Source: a virus
IMG/VR virus record: IMGVR_UViG_3300024346_000012
DNA: 64,000 bases
Reading direction: 5' to 3' (one strand)
The translations under genes were made by a program, and so were the position numbers. The notes beneath the pieces are model-generated. The model was not told where the DNA came from, made no database searches, and saw only the letters and a list, made by a program, of their open reading frames with translations. Of the stretch, positions 62,417 to 64,000 are shown one piece after another (the first letter of the stretch is position 1; each line of letters begins with the position of its first letter).

Positions 62417-63169
62417 TTATCCTACGAAAAAATCTGCAGGAAGCTCGTGTTCTAATCTAATTCTTTCTCTTAGTTTTTCTATTTCTTGCATAGCGTCTTC
62501 ATATATCTGTCTACCGTTGATCTGTACTCCGCCAGGCAACTGCATCCCATCAAACTTCATTAAGTTAGTACCCCACTGCCTTTTAACCAGAGCTACAGCA
62601 TATTCTTTTAGCCAAATATCATTCCATATACTTGAAAATGTATTTTCATCTATATAGGCATATGCCTCTAAAATTATATAATCTCCTTCAAGAAGATCTT
62701 TATCTTCAATTTCTCCACGTATATAGAGTCTATACTGTCTACGAACAAAATTTACTTGAGGCGTTCCAGTTAGTTGCATATCTAAAAGCGATAGGTACTG
62801 CTGCATCTGCTCATAATATCCAAGATCTCCGATATAAGAATGCAAATCAGCAATGTCATTCAGATGCATCTGGTATTTTATATCAAAGAAATTTCTTGAT
62901 GAAGTAGTGCTTGACCCTGGACTAAACATTCGAACGACATGAAGAGTATCACTTGGTACAGTAACAAACTTGTTGGTAATATCTTCTGCTGTTAACTGAT
63001 GTTTGATATAAGTTCTATGGACAGCATCAGAGTGGTACTCTCTCCAATACGCAAGAGCTTCATCTATGCGGTCATCTAGCTGCTGTTCTTCAACATTTAT
63101 CTCGATTACAGGATCGCCTAAATCTCTTTTTATATAGTCTATAAATTCGTCTCTGCTATTAATTGCCAT
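62417..63169 (-). CDS. 13: Neck protein
   Basis: LGDPVIEINV and QWGTNLMKFDGMQLPGGVQING motifs. Confidence 0.93.
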   Translation of the reverse strand: MAINSRDEFIDYIKRDLGDPVIEINVEEQQLDDRIDEALAYWREYHSDAVHRTYIKHQLTAEDITNKFVTVPSDTLHVVRMFSPGSSTTSSRNFFDIKYQMHLNDIADLHSYIGDLGYYEQMQQYLSLLDMQLTGTPQVNFVRRQYRLYIRGEIEDKDLLEGDYIILEAYAYIDENTFSSIWNDIWLKEYAVALVKRQWGTNLMKFDGMQLPGGVQINGRQIYEDAMQEIEKLRERIRLEHELPADFFVG

Positions 63170-63199
63170 CGCGACCTCTGAAGCTAAAATTCTTAGTGT

Positions 63200-63207
63200 T
63201 ATTTATA
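63200..63207 (-). promoter_or_regulatory. T4-type late promoter
   Basis: Exact TATAAATA upstream of gp13. Confidence 0.8.
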
Positions 63208-63211
63208 ATAG

Positions 63212-64000
63212 TTATAATCTACTAAAGTAATAGTCTTTGTCAAATTCATTTTCTACTTTAGAAATAAGCTTAAATTCCATATCAACTAGATGTTGAAGTA
63301 TGTTATCCGTATCAGGTTGGTCATTTAAAATTCTAACTACAACTTCTTCGCATTTTTCTAACACCAGTGTTGATCCATTTAGTATTTCTAACTCCTTTTT
63401 TCGTGAGTCAATTCTAATACATTTAGGGAATTCGATGAGATGCTGAGGAATAAGTATGTCTAGAGACGCGTCATTGCAATTTTCTAGTAGCAAAGTCTTT
63501 TGATCATTAGATGTACTATATAAGTTATCTCCTTCAATATCATATGTAAGTTTTTTAACTTCTAGTGCTTCTTTTTCTTCAGAAGCCATCATAGACCCTA
63601 CCTTAAAATTGTGCTTGCCAATATGGTCACATATAATACTTGTATCTGCGTATAATTTAAACCTATTCTCTTTTGCCTTCATGCAAAAATATACATCTTC
63701 AGATAAAGTTTGTGAGTGATCTAATGCAGAAGAATACACAAAATGCGGATAATCTATATTTTTAAATACCTCACTCTTTATAAGAGCGCACCCTAAACCA
63801 AATGCATCAACCTCAATTACACTATTCTGGGGTAGTTCATTTGTTTGGTAGTTTAAATGACGTCCATCTTTCAAGTAATATAATTCACTAGTTTGCTTAT
63901 CATGGAATCTTTGAATATAAACACCACTTACCGCATCTTTATTGTAGGATAGCATTTTAGTAAGGGCATCTTTAGGCACAATAATATCGCTATCAATGCT
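63212..64000 (-). CDS. GT-A fold (family 2-like) glycosyltransferase, 5' part outside window
   Basis: Frame is open to the window end and includes IDSD (DxD); FGLGCALIK and SEDVYFC motifs. Confidence 0.8.
   Translation of the reverse strand, partial: SIDSDIIVPKDALTKMLSYNKDAVSGVYIQRFHDKQTSELYYLKDGRHLNYQTNELPQNSVIEVDAFGLGCALIKSEVFKNIDYPHFVYSSALDHSQTLSEDVYFCMKAKENRFKLYADTSIICDHIGKHNFKVGSMMASEEKEALEVKKLTYDIEGDNLYSTSNDQKTLLLENCNDASLDILIPQHLIEFPKCIRIDSRKKELEILNGSTLVLEKCEEVVVRILNDQPDTDNILQHLVDMEFKLISKVENEFDKDYYFSRL

Noticed and set aside
376-62907. Numerous plus-strand ORFs in the six-frame track
   Set aside because: They lie antisense to well-supported minus-strand genes and show no RBS or recognisable motifs; treated as shadow ORFs (12303-12554 excepted)

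Overview
This is a 64-kb segment of a T4-like myophage genome. It is AT-rich and almost entirely coded on the minus strand. The host is most likely a marine alphaproteobacterium (Rhodobacteraceae-like), inferred from the permuted tmRNA, the AtpE-like gene, the DUF1127 gene and a ROSE-like hairpin. The right half is the T4 core: neck/tail/head genes gp13-gp23, gp3, uvsY, uvsW, gp55, gp47/46/45/44/62, regA, gp43, uvsX and gp41. The accessory parts hold the most interesting material: (1) a circularly permuted two-piece tmRNA (tag ANDNFAPSGFALAA) that appears to lack pseudoknot 1; (2) a late-promoter operon of seven exported/membrane proteins including a pilin-like and a chaperone-like protein, but no usher; (3) a dCMP hydroxymethylase locus with two unusual enzymes that both end in the polymerase-type sliding-clamp-binding motif, while Kdo/nucleotide-sugar genes occupy the positions of T4's two glucosyltransferases; (4) an ATP synthase c-subunit that keeps the ion-binding Glu but has lost the R-(Q/N)-P F1-coupling loop, inside a small-protein operon headed by a ROSE-preceded Hsp20 gene; (5) a block of proteins with T4-type capsid-targeting N-termini, including ligase-like, nucleotidyltransferase and nuclease enzymes; (6) NCS1 and Na/Pi transporters, a small beta-barrel OMP and an unannotated metallothionein-like gene. 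All family calls come from motif recognition by eye; no database searches were run.
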